This document shows positions 45,470-56,083 of a stretch of 64,000 nucleotides of DNA, piece by piece. Source of the DNA: Chloroflexota bacterium (GTDB taxonomy: Bacteria; Chloroflexota; UBA11872; VXNJ01); contig OZ242360.1 of NCBI GenBank assembly GCA_965208775.1, forward strand, positions 126,085-190,084, written 5' to 3'. A program made the position numbers and the translations under genes. Positions within the stretch are counted from its first letter, which is position 1; each line of letters opens with the position of its first letter. The notes beneath the pieces were generated by a model, which ran no database searches, was not told where the DNA came from, and saw nothing but the letters and a program-made list of their open reading frames with translations.

Positions 45470-48217
45470 ATGATAGGCAAGCGAAGCACGCTGGTCTGGA
45501 TCGCGGCTTTCATATTCGGGCTTGCGACAGTAGCCGCGGTCTATAGCTTGGTGCTCACCCAGCCCGGCGACTTGCAGCAGCGCGACCTTTACCCCTCGCT
45601 GTTCCTCGAAAGGGTAGTCGAGCATTCCGTATACCCGCTGTGGTCGCCGCGCGGCACATTCAACATCGCCGGTACCGGACGACTGCCTATAACCCTCATT
45701 CTGGCGGGGTTCGCCAAATTGTTCGCTCTCGATGGCGCCACCTACGCACGATTGATAGTCCTCTGGATCGTGTTAGCCGCCTACACGAGCGGCTTCTTCG
45801 GGTTCTACCTCCTGTCACGGTGGCGTCGTGGAGAAGGTGGGAACGTTCCGATCGGAGCGCTGGTCTGTGGAGTGGTCGCAGCCGTAAACCCGTGGACTAT
45901 CGCCAGGCTCGAGCACAGCTGGGTGATGGCCCAATGGGCCGTCCTACCGATCGTCGTTGGAGCGTTTGCCGAGGGTCTCCGCACGGGGCGCAAAAGGTGG
46001 ATTCTGGGTTCCGCCCTGATTATGGCGGCATTCGGCACGACCCAACCACACTACCTGGTAATTACAACCGGGGTTGTGTTCTTGACAGCCGCCGTCGTCG
46101 CGGTCTGGGGCTCAGGAAAACCGGTCAGGCATTTCGCCGACCTCGGGCTGTGGTTATTGACTCTCGTGCCGCTCTCTGCGCACTTAATCGCCCCTTACGC
46201 GGCGGCGAGGCTCCTTGCCGGAACCGGCGACCCCGCCTACACGCTGACCGACCAGACCCTCACCACGATCTCAAGATTCCAGGACTTGCCCGGAACACTG
46301 CTTGGGACCGGCAATTTCAATTGGCAGGACGTACTGGCCCCCTCTGGCCCGGAGAGAGTCATATGGTCGATGGCGGCATGGGTCATCGCTTTGACACCGC
46401 TCGGCGCAATCTTGCTGGCGGGATGGAGGCGGCCGGCCATAGCTCTGGCGGCGGGCGGGTATCTGGTGGCTGTTTTCCTGTCGATGTCGCATTGGGAATG
46501 GACCGCCGAGCTGTTCCAGCGAGCGGTCAACGACGTGCCCGGATTCTGGGTCTTCCGGGAGCCTGACCGCACCACAGGCTTGGTCGTATGGTCTCAGGCG
46601 CTCGCCTTGGGGATGGTGGCAACCAGCCTCACGGCCTGGCGAGGTCCGCGGCGACAAGCCGTGAGCCGGTGGGCGATTGTGGCCTATCTCGCAGCCGCCG
46701 CAGTGTTTCACGCAGCCCCCGCAACGGTAAACGCCCTTTGGAAATCCGACGTGTCGAACTATGTTCCAAAGCCGCTCCCGGAAGACTACCGGCGCGTGCT
46801 GCGAGCGGTTGACCGTAGCACGGATCCAAACGGCCGCATTCTCGTCGCTTCGTCGGACGAACGGGCGCCTAACTGGGACAAGACTCGAATAGTCAGGCTC
46901 ATGGAAGCCGCCAGCATTGAATCGCCCAGCATCACCGGCGATACGCGGTCTCCGGTCCCGCCCTCGCCCGTCTCCGGGCGGTGGTTTGAGTTCTTTTACT
47001 CGCTCCCGGGAGACGAGGCCGTTGACGCGGCCCGTAACGCCGGCTTCGACCGTATCGTGGTCGTTCGCGACTACGACGCGGGAGAAAGCACGTTCTCCGC
47101 AATCTCTCAGGCTCCCGGCGTGCGAGACATCGCCGCTGGACCGAACATCTGGGCGGGCGAGCTTTTCGAGGACGGGCCTCCTACCATCGAGACCGGTGTT
47201 CCCATCCTCGTCACTGACTTGGCATCGACCACGGACACGAATGAAGTGGCCGTACTCGCCAATCATTCGGCGGCGTTGGATCATCCCGGAGTTTCCATCG
47301 CGTCCGCCTCGACCGCCGAAGCCGCTATCGAACAGTCATTTGCCGAGCTTGGGCCGTCCGGCGTCAGACCGGTCACGGACTGGTTTGGATTCCGCAGCCG
47401 GCGCGGGGGCTGGATACGAGGCGGCGCGTACGCAGACGAGCGCCAGACCTGGCAAGCCGAACTCCGCCGACTGGGACTCGAGTCATGGAGCGCCGACTAT
47501 GACCTCGGCATCGCCTTCGCCCCGCCCGGAGAAGCGCGAGATCGAATGACCATTGACACCCATGACGCGCGCGGACGGACGACAGCCCAAACAGAGGAGT
47601 CAGGCCCGCGCAGGGTCTATACCTACAATGCGCCAACGGTATGGCTGCGAGTTTTCACGAGCCCGGAATCGGACTGGCTCGACATAGAGTGGCAAGGCGG
47701 CGGAAAGCGGATCGATACCAACTCGCTCGAAGCAACCTGGCGGTGGGTCGAGATTGGAGCGATCGGGAGAGAAACAATTGCGATTGTTCCCGGCCCCGGA
47801 CTGGCCGCTGTCAACGCCATCGCAATCGCGCCGGCCGGCTGGAGTCCCGAAGACCGATCGCCGTCCGTCCAATTCGTTCATGCGGAAGTCGAATATCAGC
47901 GCCTGTCTGCGACGAGATATGCCGCAAGCCTGACTTCCGACCGCGGACTGGTCTTCATACTGCTCCGCGAGGCCTACGATCCACTTTGGCGAGCCAAGGT
48001 GGACGGAGGAAGCATTGAGCCTGTGCTCGCCGACGGACTCTGGAACGGATACGTGATTCCCGTGGCGGAGGGAGGCGTCACAAATGTCACGTTCGAGTAT
48101 GCGGCCCAGCGGTGGTACGACGTCGGGATAGGAATATCGCTGGCAAGCGCTCTGACGTTGGGCGCTCTTTGGGCGATTTTCGTAGTCCGCGGTCACACCA
48201 AAAGGCGCACGTTATGA
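45470..48217 (+). CDS. YfhO-like/GT-C-like large membrane protein (915 aa).
   Basis: NPWTIARLEHSW, TTQPHYLVITT, FREPDRTTGLV and YDPLWRAKVDGGSIEP motifs, plus a C-terminal TM, match the 38200..40299 product. Confidence 0.55.
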   Translation: MIGKRSTLVWIAAFIFGLATVAAVYSLVLTQPGDLQQRDLYPSLFLERVVEHSVYPLWSPRGTFNIAGTGRLPITLILAGFAKLFALDGATYARLIVLWIVLAAYTSGFFGFYLLSRWRRGEGGNVPIGALVCGVVAAVNPWTIARLEHSWVMAQWAVLPIVVGAFAEGLRTGRKRWILGSALIMAAFGTTQPHYLVITTGVVFLTAAVVAVWGSGKPVRHFADLGLWLLTLVPLSAHLIAPYAAARLLAGTGDPAYTLTDQTLTTISRFQDLPGTLLGTGNFNWQDVLAPSGPERVIWSMAAWVIALTPLGAILLAGWRRPAIALAAGGYLVAVFLSMSHWEWTAELFQRAVNDVPGFWVFREPDRTTGLVVWSQALALGMVATSLTAWRGPRRQAVSRWAIVAYLAAAAVFHAAPATVNALWKSDVSNYVPKPLPEDYRRVLRAVDRSTDPNGRILVASSDERAPNWDKTRIVRLMEAASIESPSITGDTRSPVPPSPVSGRWFEFFYSLPGDEAVDAARNAGFDRIVVVRDYDAGESTFSAISQAPGVRDIAAGPNIWAGELFEDGPPTIETGVPILVTDLASTTDTNEVAVLANHSAALDHPGVSIASASTAEAAIEQSFAELGPSGVRPVTDWFGFRSRRGGWIRGGAYADERQTWQAELRRLGLESWSADYDLGIAFAPPGEARDRMTIDTHDARGRTTAQTEESGPRRVYTYNAPTVWLRVFTSPESDWLDIEWQGGGKRIDTNSLEATWRWVEIGAIGRETIAIVPGPGLAAVNAIAIAPAGWSPEDRSPSVQFVHAEVEYQRLSATRYAASLTSDRGLVFILLREAYDPLWRAKVDGGSIEPVLADGLWNGYVIPVAEGGVTNVTFEYAAQRWYDVGIGISLASALTLGALWAIFVVRGHTKRRTL

Positions 48218-48335
48218 CAGCAGACCGTGCCGCAACCGAGACGGCTGACGCGGTCACCTGTTTGATCGCTCTCCAGCAGGACGGGTATCGTTCATGCGAG
48301 AAAGCGCCTGCATCCACTTCGGGAGAGTAGACCCG

Positions 48336-49145
48336 ATGCGCATTGGCCTTGTGACGCTCTGCTCGCCCCGCGGTGAGCGGGACCGGAATCTTGAGAAGAT
48401 CCTCGAATTCGGCAAACAAGCCGCCGAGAAGGGCTGTCAGCTCGTACTGTTCCCCGAATACTCGGTCAACGGAAGCTGGGTAACTTACGACCGCGAAGCC
48501 GACCTTGCCGACTTGCACCGGCAGGCGGAGCCGATTCCTGGACCGACAACTCAGATCATCGCCGAAGCGGCCCGTGACCTGGGAATTGCCTTCGGAGTGG
48601 GAATCGCGGAGAGGGGTTTGACTCGCAAGCCGTTTAACGCCTACGCGATCATCACCGGAGACGGCGTAGTTCACGTCCAGCGCAAGCTCCAGCCAACCGA
48701 GAGCGAGATCGCCTACTATCGGGGCGGCGGTGACGCGCTTGAGACGTTCGAGCTTGGCGGTGTGCCGTTCGGCGTAACGATCTGCGCCGACAACGAGTCT
48801 CCAGCCATCCATGACCGCCTTTGCGAGAAGGGCGCCAGGGTGATCATCGAACCCCACTACGATTGCGTGAAGAAGTTCCAGAACGTCGGCAGCACCTGGG
48901 AAGAGCTGATCGAGTTCAACAGGGTAGGTACCCTCCGACGCCGCGCCGAGGAGCTTTCACGACGGCTGGGCGTCATCTCGATGTATATCGACGCCAAGGA
49001 CCCACGAGAGAACATTTCGGACCGGATGGACTGGCCACACTACGTCAACGGAAAGAGCGCGGCTTTCGGACCGGATGGCGAGCTTCTGGCCGAGAACGCC
49101 GGAAACGAGGAGTCCTTACTGGTCGTCGATATCGACCTGGCCTGA
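48336..49145 (+). CDS. Carbon-nitrogen hydrolase (nitrilase-superfamily).
   Basis: The Glu (LVLFPEY) … Lys … Cys (VTICADNE) catalytic-triad pattern is present. Confidence 0.75.
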   Translation: MRIGLVTLCSPRGERDRNLEKILEFGKQAAEKGCQLVLFPEYSVNGSWVTYDREADLADLHRQAEPIPGPTTQIIAEAARDLGIAFGVGIAERGLTRKPFNAYAIITGDGVVHVQRKLQPTESEIAYYRGGGDALETFELGGVPFGVTICADNESPAIHDRLCEKGARVIIEPHYDCVKKFQNVGSTWEELIEFNRVGTLRRRAEELSRRLGVISMYIDAKDPRENISDRMDWPHYVNGKSAAFGPDGELLAENAGNEESLLVVDIDLA

Positions 49146-49161
49146 CGCAGGCTGCAGCCGA

Positions 49162-50328
49162 CTACTCAACGCAGTCCCCAAAGGTCGCCACGCTTTTCGG
49201 TAGCTTGCCGTCGGGAGTCCAGCACGCTTCACGGATATCCACGGCCACCGGCTTACGCTCGCGCATAGACTGGACAGCCTTCTCGAAGATCAACGTCGGA
49301 ACGCTCGCCTCCCACACGTCCATCGGGTTGGGACCGCCTTCGAGGCACAGCTTGGCGAACATCTCCATCTCTTCGTCGAATCCGGCTCGATAAGGGTTTC
49401 CCGAAGCGTCGTTGAGTATCCCCGTTCCTTCGGAGTAGATTTCCTCAAAGCCCTCGGCATCCGTGCCTTCGAATACCAGGCTGCGAAAGCGGTTGGTCGC
49501 CGCACTCACGGATCCCGCCAGCACTTCGCCGTAGTACTTGGGAACAATGCCGCCCGACCCCACGTCGCTGAAAACCGAATTCGCCACTCCGCCGTTCTCA
49601 AAGCGAATGACGATGGTGCTCGTACTGGTGGGCCTTCCGCCATAGCCCATCGCGTATATCTCGACAGGCTGCGACCGCATAACGTGCCATATCCAATACA
49701 GAGCGTAACCGCCGTTATCGAACACGCCGTCCGCGCCGTAGGGGCCTTCCGGATCATCGACCCGATGCGCGCCGGGACCGGCGTCCGGACCGAACATCAC
49801 CTTGTTTCGGCGGTTTTGCTCCGGCGGGATGCGAACGGTGAAGAGAATGAAATAGGGCTTTTCGATTACGTCCCGCAGCCTGATCGTCACGGGCGAGTGC
49901 TTGAACCACCACGCCCCCATATATTGAACGTCCGATTCGCTCACTGCCCTTTGGATCGCGTGGGCCTCGGCCACCGTCATCATCGGCGGCTTTTCGCAGA
50001 AAACATGCTTGCCGGCGGCTATTGATTCAAGCGATATCTCCGCGTGAGTCGAATGGGTTGAGCAGATGATTACCGCGTCGACTCCCGGATCGGATAGAAC
50101 ACGACCAAGATCTGTCGTGTAGTAGCCGGCCCCGCCTTCCTCGGCGCGCTCGCGGGCGGCTGACTCGACTACGTCCATCGACGCCGTCAGCCGCATCGCC
50201 GGCGTCTTGAGAATGTTGGCCAGGTGATACCGGCTGATTCCGCCGCATCCCACGATCGCCACGTTCAGTTTGTCAGCCAATGTGCTCTCCTTTAGATCGC
50301 TCGGATAGGCAGGCTCACCGACTCGCAA
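49162..50328 (-). CDS. Gfo/Idh/MocA-family oxidoreductase.
   Basis: It has the LNVAIVGCGGISRYH Rossmann motif. Confidence 0.8.
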   Translation of the reverse strand: MRVGEPAYPSDLKESTLADKLNVAIVGCGGISRYHLANILKTPAMRLTASMDVVESAARERAEEGGAGYYTTDLGRVLSDPGVDAVIICSTHSTHAEISLESIAAGKHVFCEKPPMMTVAEAHAIQRAVSESDVQYMGAWWFKHSPVTIRLRDVIEKPYFILFTVRIPPEQNRRNKVMFGPDAGPGAHRVDDPEGPYGADGVFDNGGYALYWIWHVMRSQPVEIYAMGYGGRPTSTSTIVIRFENGGVANSVFSDVGSGGIVPKYYGEVLAGSVSAATNRFRSLVFEGTDAEGFEEIYSEGTGILNDASGNPYRAGFDEEMEMFAKLCLEGGPNPMDVWEASVPTLIFEKAVQSMRERKPVAVDIREACWTPDGKLPKSVATFGDCVE

Positions 50329-50393
50329 AGATTATCGGAAGTGCCACCGATCCGTTGCACGGTCAGGCGCATCCCAACCGATATGCGACAAAT

Positions 50394-51350
50394 CTACGAC
50401 GGTTCTCCCAGGCGGCATACGAAGGCCAGCGGCTTGTCGCGCGTGAACCGACGCAGGTTCTCTCGAAAGATCTGGCGGCGTCCTTCATACATGGCGGGCG
50501 TCAAGGCTGAAGCGTGGGGCGAAAGGATCAGGTTCTCCAGGTCCCATAACGGGCTGTCGGTGGGCAAGGGCTCCACCTCTGTTACATCCAGCGCCGCCCC
50601 TGCCAGACTACCGGACTCCAGCGCGGCGGCGAGCGCTTCCTCGTCGATAATGCCCCCGCGTGATATGGCTATCACGTTCGCGCCCGGCTTCATCAGACCC
50701 AAACGCCGCTGATCAATTACTCGGCTCAACTCCGGCAGCTTCGGGGCGGTGACGACGAACCAATCGGACATCGCAAGTAGGTCGTCCAGGCGGTCCATGC
50801 CCCAAACAGCGCGGACTCCCGCCGGGACCTCTGTCGGACTTGGATCGACGGCGTAGATCTCCATTCCGAAGGCGAGCGCCCGCTGGGCGACGGCCCTTCC
50901 TATCCCGCCGAGTCCGAACAATCCCATCGTGGAGCCGTTCAGGTCGATCATCCGCCCGGCGTACTTGCCGGTATCCCATACTCTCGCGCGCTGGTCGTCG
51001 ATCAAGTCCCTCACGCGGTGCGCAAGCGCCAGGATCATCCCCATGGCATGGTCCGCCATCGGACCGGCGTGCGGTCCGGGTGAGTTCGTAATTACGACGT
51101 TCGAAGCGGCGATTTCCGGCACGTCCTCGAGCCTGTCCAGTCCCATGCCTGGAATATGAATCCAGCGCAGCCTGTTGGCGGCTAGGAAAGTCTCCCTGTC
51201 CGGCCATCCAAGAAAGCCGTCGGCATCGACGATTTCCCGCCGCTGATCGACCCGCTCGTACGCCACGGCAAAGTCGACACCCGGAAAGTCAGACTTCAAG
51301 CTCATTTCCAGCGTCTCGCCTAGAAATGGGGTTCCCACGACAATTTTCAT
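50394..51350 (-). CDS. D-isomer-specific 2-hydroxyacid dehydrogenase (PGDH/GyaR-like).
   Basis: NAD-binding GLFGLGGIGRAVAQRA and a catalytic-domain layout are present. Confidence 0.8.
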   Translation of the reverse strand: MKIVVGTPFLGETLEMSLKSDFPGVDFAVAYERVDQRREIVDADGFLGWPDRETFLAANRLRWIHIPGMGLDRLEDVPEIAASNVVITNSPGPHAGPMADHAMGMILALAHRVRDLIDDQRARVWDTGKYAGRMIDLNGSTMGLFGLGGIGRAVAQRALAFGMEIYAVDPSPTEVPAGVRAVWGMDRLDDLLAMSDWFVVTAPKLPELSRVIDQRRLGLMKPGANVIAISRGGIIDEEALAAALESGSLAGAALDVTEVEPLPTDSPLWDLENLILSPHASALTPAMYEGRRQIFRENLRRFTRDKPLAFVCRLGEPS

Positions 51351-51544
51351 CCTGGCATCTCCTTAGCTACTCGCGTGCACGCATCCGGCCTCAACGGCGC
51401 GTAGGGGTTGACTGAACGGGCCGCACAAGCTCTTTCTGAATTCGTCGATAACGAATTCGCCACCGCATAGCTCCCAAAGCGTAGATCGTCAGGCAAGGCG
51501 AGAGAAACTCCCCGGCGCGGATGTGCGGCGGCCGCGGCTGATTG

Positions 51545-53176
51545 TCAACTGCCTGACGCTTGCTCATCGAAGTCGGCTCTGAAGTCGAGAAGACCCGCGA
51601 CCTCCAGCGTCTCGCTGTTAATCAACGTAACGACCGGTCGGATGCTCCAGCCCGCGTATATGTACGGGCCTTGCGGATCGGCCCAAACCCATTCCGCCGA
51701 CTGGTCGAGCGGCGCCAACCGGACCGGATAAGGATCAGCCAGACCAACGACAGTCAACACATTCAGGCCGACTCCAACGACGTAGAGACTTGCTCCGTCG
51801 CCGCTGACCGCCAGCCAGGTGGCGCCGGGAGCCTCCGCGATCGGTCCGACGACATGCTCTTCGACAAGATCGACACGGTAAATGCCGCCGGTCAGAGTGA
51901 CGACGTAAACGACCTGGCCGGATGGATCGGCCGCAACTCGAAAGACATCCTTCGGCAGGCCGGACACAATCGTCGCGACTTCACCCGTGCGAATATCGAC
52001 GACCTCCACCTTGCGATTATGGCGGTCGACGTAGAAATACTGGGCCCCGGCGGGAGAGACCAGCGGAGGTACGTCGTAGAGGCTCAGATAGCGGGTCAAG
52101 ACCCTGAATTTCCGGGTGTCTTCATCAACCGCGATCAGATCGAATAGCGCCACCTTTCCTGGCGACTCAACCATTAACAGGACTTCGCCGGTGCTCGACC
52201 GACCCGAATACCAAGCGTACGGGGGATATCTGAAGTTCCTCCGCGAAAATCCAATCCCGACGTTGCGGAAGAAGGTCAGGGCGGTGTCGAACTGCTCCGC
52301 GGAACTGCGATTGGCCCCGTTTGAGGGCCGTGAATCCTCAGGTACGAGGAAGAAGAAGTTCATGAAGAAGCCGGCGGGAACGTCTCCCGAAGCTGTCCTG
52401 GGAAGGTCCACCGCCAGATCCGACCGCATCCCGGAGGCCCTGTCGACCCCGGCGATCCTGAGAGTGCCGGTTCCCCCCGACTCCGTAAACGGCACGAATA
52501 GCCGACGTTGCGGATCGCTGGTTAGTCCCAATCTTGCGTTCGTCGCTCCCGACACCGATATCCGCAAATCGAGGTTGGCCCTCAGGTAATCGAGTTTCCT
52601 CGCATGGACGGCCATCTCACCGGGATTGACGTTAGTAAACCGGACTGATCCGTCAGTTCCGGTCATCCCCTCGCTGGCTACACTTCCGCGGAAGTCCAGT
52701 AGCTGCACCTTTACGTCCGGCAGCAATTCTCCAGACTCGACGTCGAACACCTCGACGTTCAGCTCATTTTCATACGGATCGATCTCGAACATGACGGACG
52801 AAGCGGCGAGGACCTCTGCCCTGGACCTGACAGCCTCCGCCTCGAACCGGACGGACTCTGTCTGAGGACCGATCAGCGCGGCGGGAACCACGGCATCCAC
52901 AATGAACGTGCCGCTCCGTGACGTTATCGCCTTGGCTATCGACAAGCGTGTCGAGCGCTCGGCGCCGTCCATCCGGTTGATGAACAAATCGACTTGCGAG
53001 CGCGGCGGCCATCTCTCGCCTTCGAGCCGCACCGGTTCTCCGGGTATTCCTCGCCCAGGGGAAACTCTCAGCTCAGAGCCGGACGCTCCGACCGAACTGG
53101 CACTGCCTCCGAGCGTCTCCCCGTAGGCGCCAAGTCCTATCACAGCGACAACCGGAATCAAGACGATCAGCGCCAC
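51545..53176 (-). CDS. Secreted or membrane-anchored protein with a carboxypeptidase-regulatory-like β-sandwich and a C-terminal YVTN-type β-propeller.
   Basis: It has an N-terminal hydrophobic signal, a VEVFDVESGELLPDVKVQLLD…GSVRFTNVNPGE segment, and repeated propeller blades at the C-terminus. Confidence 0.5.
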   Translation of the reverse strand: MALIVLIPVVAVIGLGAYGETLGGSASSVGASGSELRVSPGRGIPGEPVRLEGERWPPRSQVDLFINRMDGAERSTRLSIAKAITSRSGTFIVDAVVPAALIGPQTESVRFEAEAVRSRAEVLAASSVMFEIDPYENELNVEVFDVESGELLPDVKVQLLDFRGSVASEGMTGTDGSVRFTNVNPGEMAVHARKLDYLRANLDLRISVSGATNARLGLTSDPQRRLFVPFTESGGTGTLRIAGVDRASGMRSDLAVDLPRTASGDVPAGFFMNFFFLVPEDSRPSNGANRSSAEQFDTALTFFRNVGIGFSRRNFRYPPYAWYSGRSSTGEVLLMVESPGKVALFDLIAVDEDTRKFRVLTRYLSLYDVPPLVSPAGAQYFYVDRHNRKVEVVDIRTGEVATIVSGLPKDVFRVAADPSGQVVYVVTLTGGIYRVDLVEEHVVGPIAEAPGATWLAVSGDGASLYVVGVGLNVLTVVGLADPYPVRLAPLDQSAEWVWADPQGPYIYAGWSIRPVVTLINSETLEVAGLLDFRADFDEQASGS

Positions 53177-53457
53177 CGCCGCGGAGGCCAGGAAGACGGA
53201 TTTCGACTTGATATTCGTGATGCAAGCCTTATCGCATGTGCCCGCTGAACCGACGCCAAAGCGCTGATCGCGTCCGGCAGTCTCGCCGGCGCCCGTTGAA
53301 CATCAATGCAACAGGCAACCGAGGGTAGATCGCCAAATCGTTTAGATACTATCTGAACCGAATCTTCGGAGCGGTTGTTTACGGACGCGCAATATCACAT
53401 TGGAAACGCCTGCGCCGTATGCTATGCGTCGGGCGCAACGGGGACACGGGAGCGAAC

Positions 53458-54984
53458 ATGTTCGTCGCATATTCACGAGACAAGGTTTACAAGGACATCG
53501 GCACGACGAGGCAGCTTTTCATCGACAACGACATAGTTGCCGTAGTCAAGAACGTCACCCGAAGGCAGCACACGCCAAAAAAGCACCCGGCCAGTCCCGT
53601 TTATCAAAACGACCGCCCCTGGGAGGTCGTAACCTATTTTCGAACTTCGAACTTCAGCGTTATCCACGATCCATCCGACGGTCTGTTCAAGTGCTGGGTC
53701 CAGGACTTCCACGACTATTTCACGGTGCCTGGGGTCCCATATGAACGAAGCCGTATCTACTACGCCCAGTCCGAGGATGGCATCAATTGGGAAAAACCTG
53801 CTCTCGGTAAGCACTCCGTGGACGGCCGGGACACCAACACCATAATCGTTTCACCCGACCACACGGGTAAGTCCACAATCTGCCCAAACATGATCCTCGA
53901 TCCGGTCGAGACAGACCCCTCCCGCCGGTTCAAGATGGTGCACCTTCAGATTACGAACGGCCAGAGGCATGGATTGTGCTTGTCGTTTTCACCCGACGGC
54001 ATCGATTGGACGCCTTACGAGGGGAATCCAATCATCCCCGAGTGGATGGCTGACGTGGAGATCCTGTCTTACGACCCAATCGACAATAAGTACGTTCTCT
54101 GGGGCCGTTATGGGGGTGCATCCGGCGGCAGCAAACACCCCGATATGGATAGCTGGTTTTGCCCGGTTTGGCCCAGCAAACCCGAGGGAATATGGGGAGT
54201 CCGCCGGCGCATCTACCGGCTTGAAAGCCCCGACTTGTTCAATTGGTCGAAAGGCGAGCTTCTTTGGGACCCCGGAGACGAAGCCAACGTCGACGACGGC
54301 TACTACGGCTTCGTTCGCTGGCGAGCGGGCGATCTCCATCTTGGGATTCTGAACGTGCTCCACCAGGTCGAAAACACCATGAACATGTACCTGCATCACA
54401 GCCGAGACGGGATCAACTGGAGCAGGCTTTTAGAGCACCGGCCGCTCATTTCGCGAGGCGGCGCGGGGAGCTACGACGAGTTCGGAGTCGAGACCACCTC
54501 GCGCCCGATTCACGTCGGCGACGAAGACTGGATTTTCTACGGTGGCATGAATGTCCATCACGACTGGTGGATCCTGGGCGGCGACGAGGGGCTGGATGTC
54601 CCCGAAGCGCATGATCCGTCCATGTTCCAAAACGGACATTTCCTCGGCCTGGCCACCTTGCGCCGCGACGGATGGGTCTCGTTCGGTGCGACAATCCGCG
54701 ACGGATGGGTCGAGACCAAGCCGATATTTTCCACGGGACAGGATCTGTTCATTAATGGCAAATGTCTCCCCGACGGTTATATCAAGGTCGAAGTCATGGA
54801 CACCTGGAACAACGTCTGGGAAGGATTCTCGGTGGACGACTGCCACGCGTTTACAGGCGATGCCGTCCGACATCGCGTTAGGTGGTCGGGAGACCGTGCA
54901 GCCAACGAAATCGCGGGCCCCGTCAAACTGCGCATCCACCTGCGCCAGGCCGACATCTACGGTTTCGAGTTCGGAGACGAATAG
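53458..54984 (+). CDS. Five-bladed β-propeller glycoside-hydrolase-like protein (GH43/GH130-like; family uncertain).
   Basis: Repeated S.DG(I/N).W motifs (SEDGINWEKP, SPDGIDWTPY, SRDGINWSRL) and no signal peptide. Confidence 0.45.
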   Translation: MFVAYSRDKVYKDIGTTRQLFIDNDIVAVVKNVTRRQHTPKKHPASPVYQNDRPWEVVTYFRTSNFSVIHDPSDGLFKCWVQDFHDYFTVPGVPYERSRIYYAQSEDGINWEKPALGKHSVDGRDTNTIIVSPDHTGKSTICPNMILDPVETDPSRRFKMVHLQITNGQRHGLCLSFSPDGIDWTPYEGNPIIPEWMADVEILSYDPIDNKYVLWGRYGGASGGSKHPDMDSWFCPVWPSKPEGIWGVRRRIYRLESPDLFNWSKGELLWDPGDEANVDDGYYGFVRWRAGDLHLGILNVLHQVENTMNMYLHHSRDGINWSRLLEHRPLISRGGAGSYDEFGVETTSRPIHVGDEDWIFYGGMNVHHDWWILGGDEGLDVPEAHDPSMFQNGHFLGLATLRRDGWVSFGATIRDGWVETKPIFSTGQDLFINGKCLPDGYIKVEVMDTWNNVWEGFSVDDCHAFTGDAVRHRVRWSGDRAANEIAGPVKLRIHLRQADIYGFEFGDE

Positions 54985-55219
54985 CGTTGACTTTGTTGTC
55001 AATACCAGTTGTCAAGACAATTTGGCTACAATATGCCGAGTTCGGTCTGCAGCGGCGCCGAAGGCAGCCAAGAGTCGATGATGAAGTCATCCGATTGCCC
55101 CGGTTGGTGCCCGACGACCATCACGGCAGAGTCGAGGGAGCAGTAACACGAGTCTAGCCACCGAAGCGCAAAGCGAACCTATCGAGGGCTCGGCCACGCT
55201 CAAGCACAGCCGAGCGTTC

Positions 55220-56083
55220 TTGGTCAGGCTTGCGGCGATAACAGGGATCCGCTACGTGATGCTGCTGGCGATAGCGGCGCTGACTTCGATCCCGCTGTTC
55301 TGGATGGTGTCGACATCGGTGAAGGAGTCGGGCAAGGAGTTCCTGGTTCCCCCGGAGTGGGTCCCAATCCCGATCATTTGGCGAAACTACATCGACCTCT
55401 GGGAAGTCACCGACCTGCATCTGTACGGAATCAACAGCATCATGGTGGCGATTCTCGCCACCATCGGTACCGTCCTAACCTGCTCGCTCGTGGCGTTCGG
55501 CTTCGCCAGGATCGATTTCCCTGGCAAGACGTTTCTCTTCTTCATGCTGATATCCACCTTGATGCTACCGAGCATAATTACGCTCGTGCCTACGTTCGTG
55601 CTGTTCAGAGTGCTCAACTGGAACGACACGCCGTTTCCCCTCATAGTCCCCTTCTGGTTCGGAGGCGGGGCGTTTGGCGCGGCGTTCTACGTGTTCCTGA
55701 TGCGGCAGTTCATGCTGCAGCTGCCGCGTGAGCTGGACGAGGCGGCGCTGGCCGACGGCGCGTCGTACTTCCGAATCTATTGGAACATCCTCTTGCCGCT
55801 TTCGGGGCCCGTGGTAGCTACGTCGGCCATCTTCTCAGTAGTGCATCACTGGAACGACTTCCTGCATCCTCTGATATTCCTGGCAAGCGACCGCTGGCGC
55901 ACGCTGGCACTGCACCTTCGCTACTTCCTCTATGACGAGGCCCAGCAGAGTCCGGGCGAAGACCGCTGGAACATGTTGATGGCGTCTGGCGTAATAATGC
56001 TGATTCCGATACTTATCTTGTTCTTCTCCGCGCAGAAATACTTCGTCCGCGGAATCGCGCTCACTGGACTCGCCGGCAGATAG
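55220..56083 (+). CDS. MalG-like ABC permease, an orphan inverted duplicate of 57274..58206 (TTG or GTG start).
   Basis: The EAA region (LDEAALADGASYFRIYWNILLPLSGP) is near-identical to the minus-strand MalG, and long identical peptide runs are shared. No adjacent MalF, SBP or ATPase gene. Confidence 0.7.
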   Translation: MVRLAAITGIRYVMLLAIAALTSIPLFWMVSTSVKESGKEFLVPPEWVPIPIIWRNYIDLWEVTDLHLYGINSIMVAILATIGTVLTCSLVAFGFARIDFPGKTFLFFMLISTLMLPSIITLVPTFVLFRVLNWNDTPFPLIVPFWFGGGAFGAAFYVFLMRQFMLQLPRELDEAALADGASYFRIYWNILLPLSGPVVATSAIFSVVHHWNDFLHPLIFLASDRWRTLALHLRYFLYDEAQQSPGEDRWNMLMASGVIMLIPILILFFSAQKYFVRGIALTGLAGR

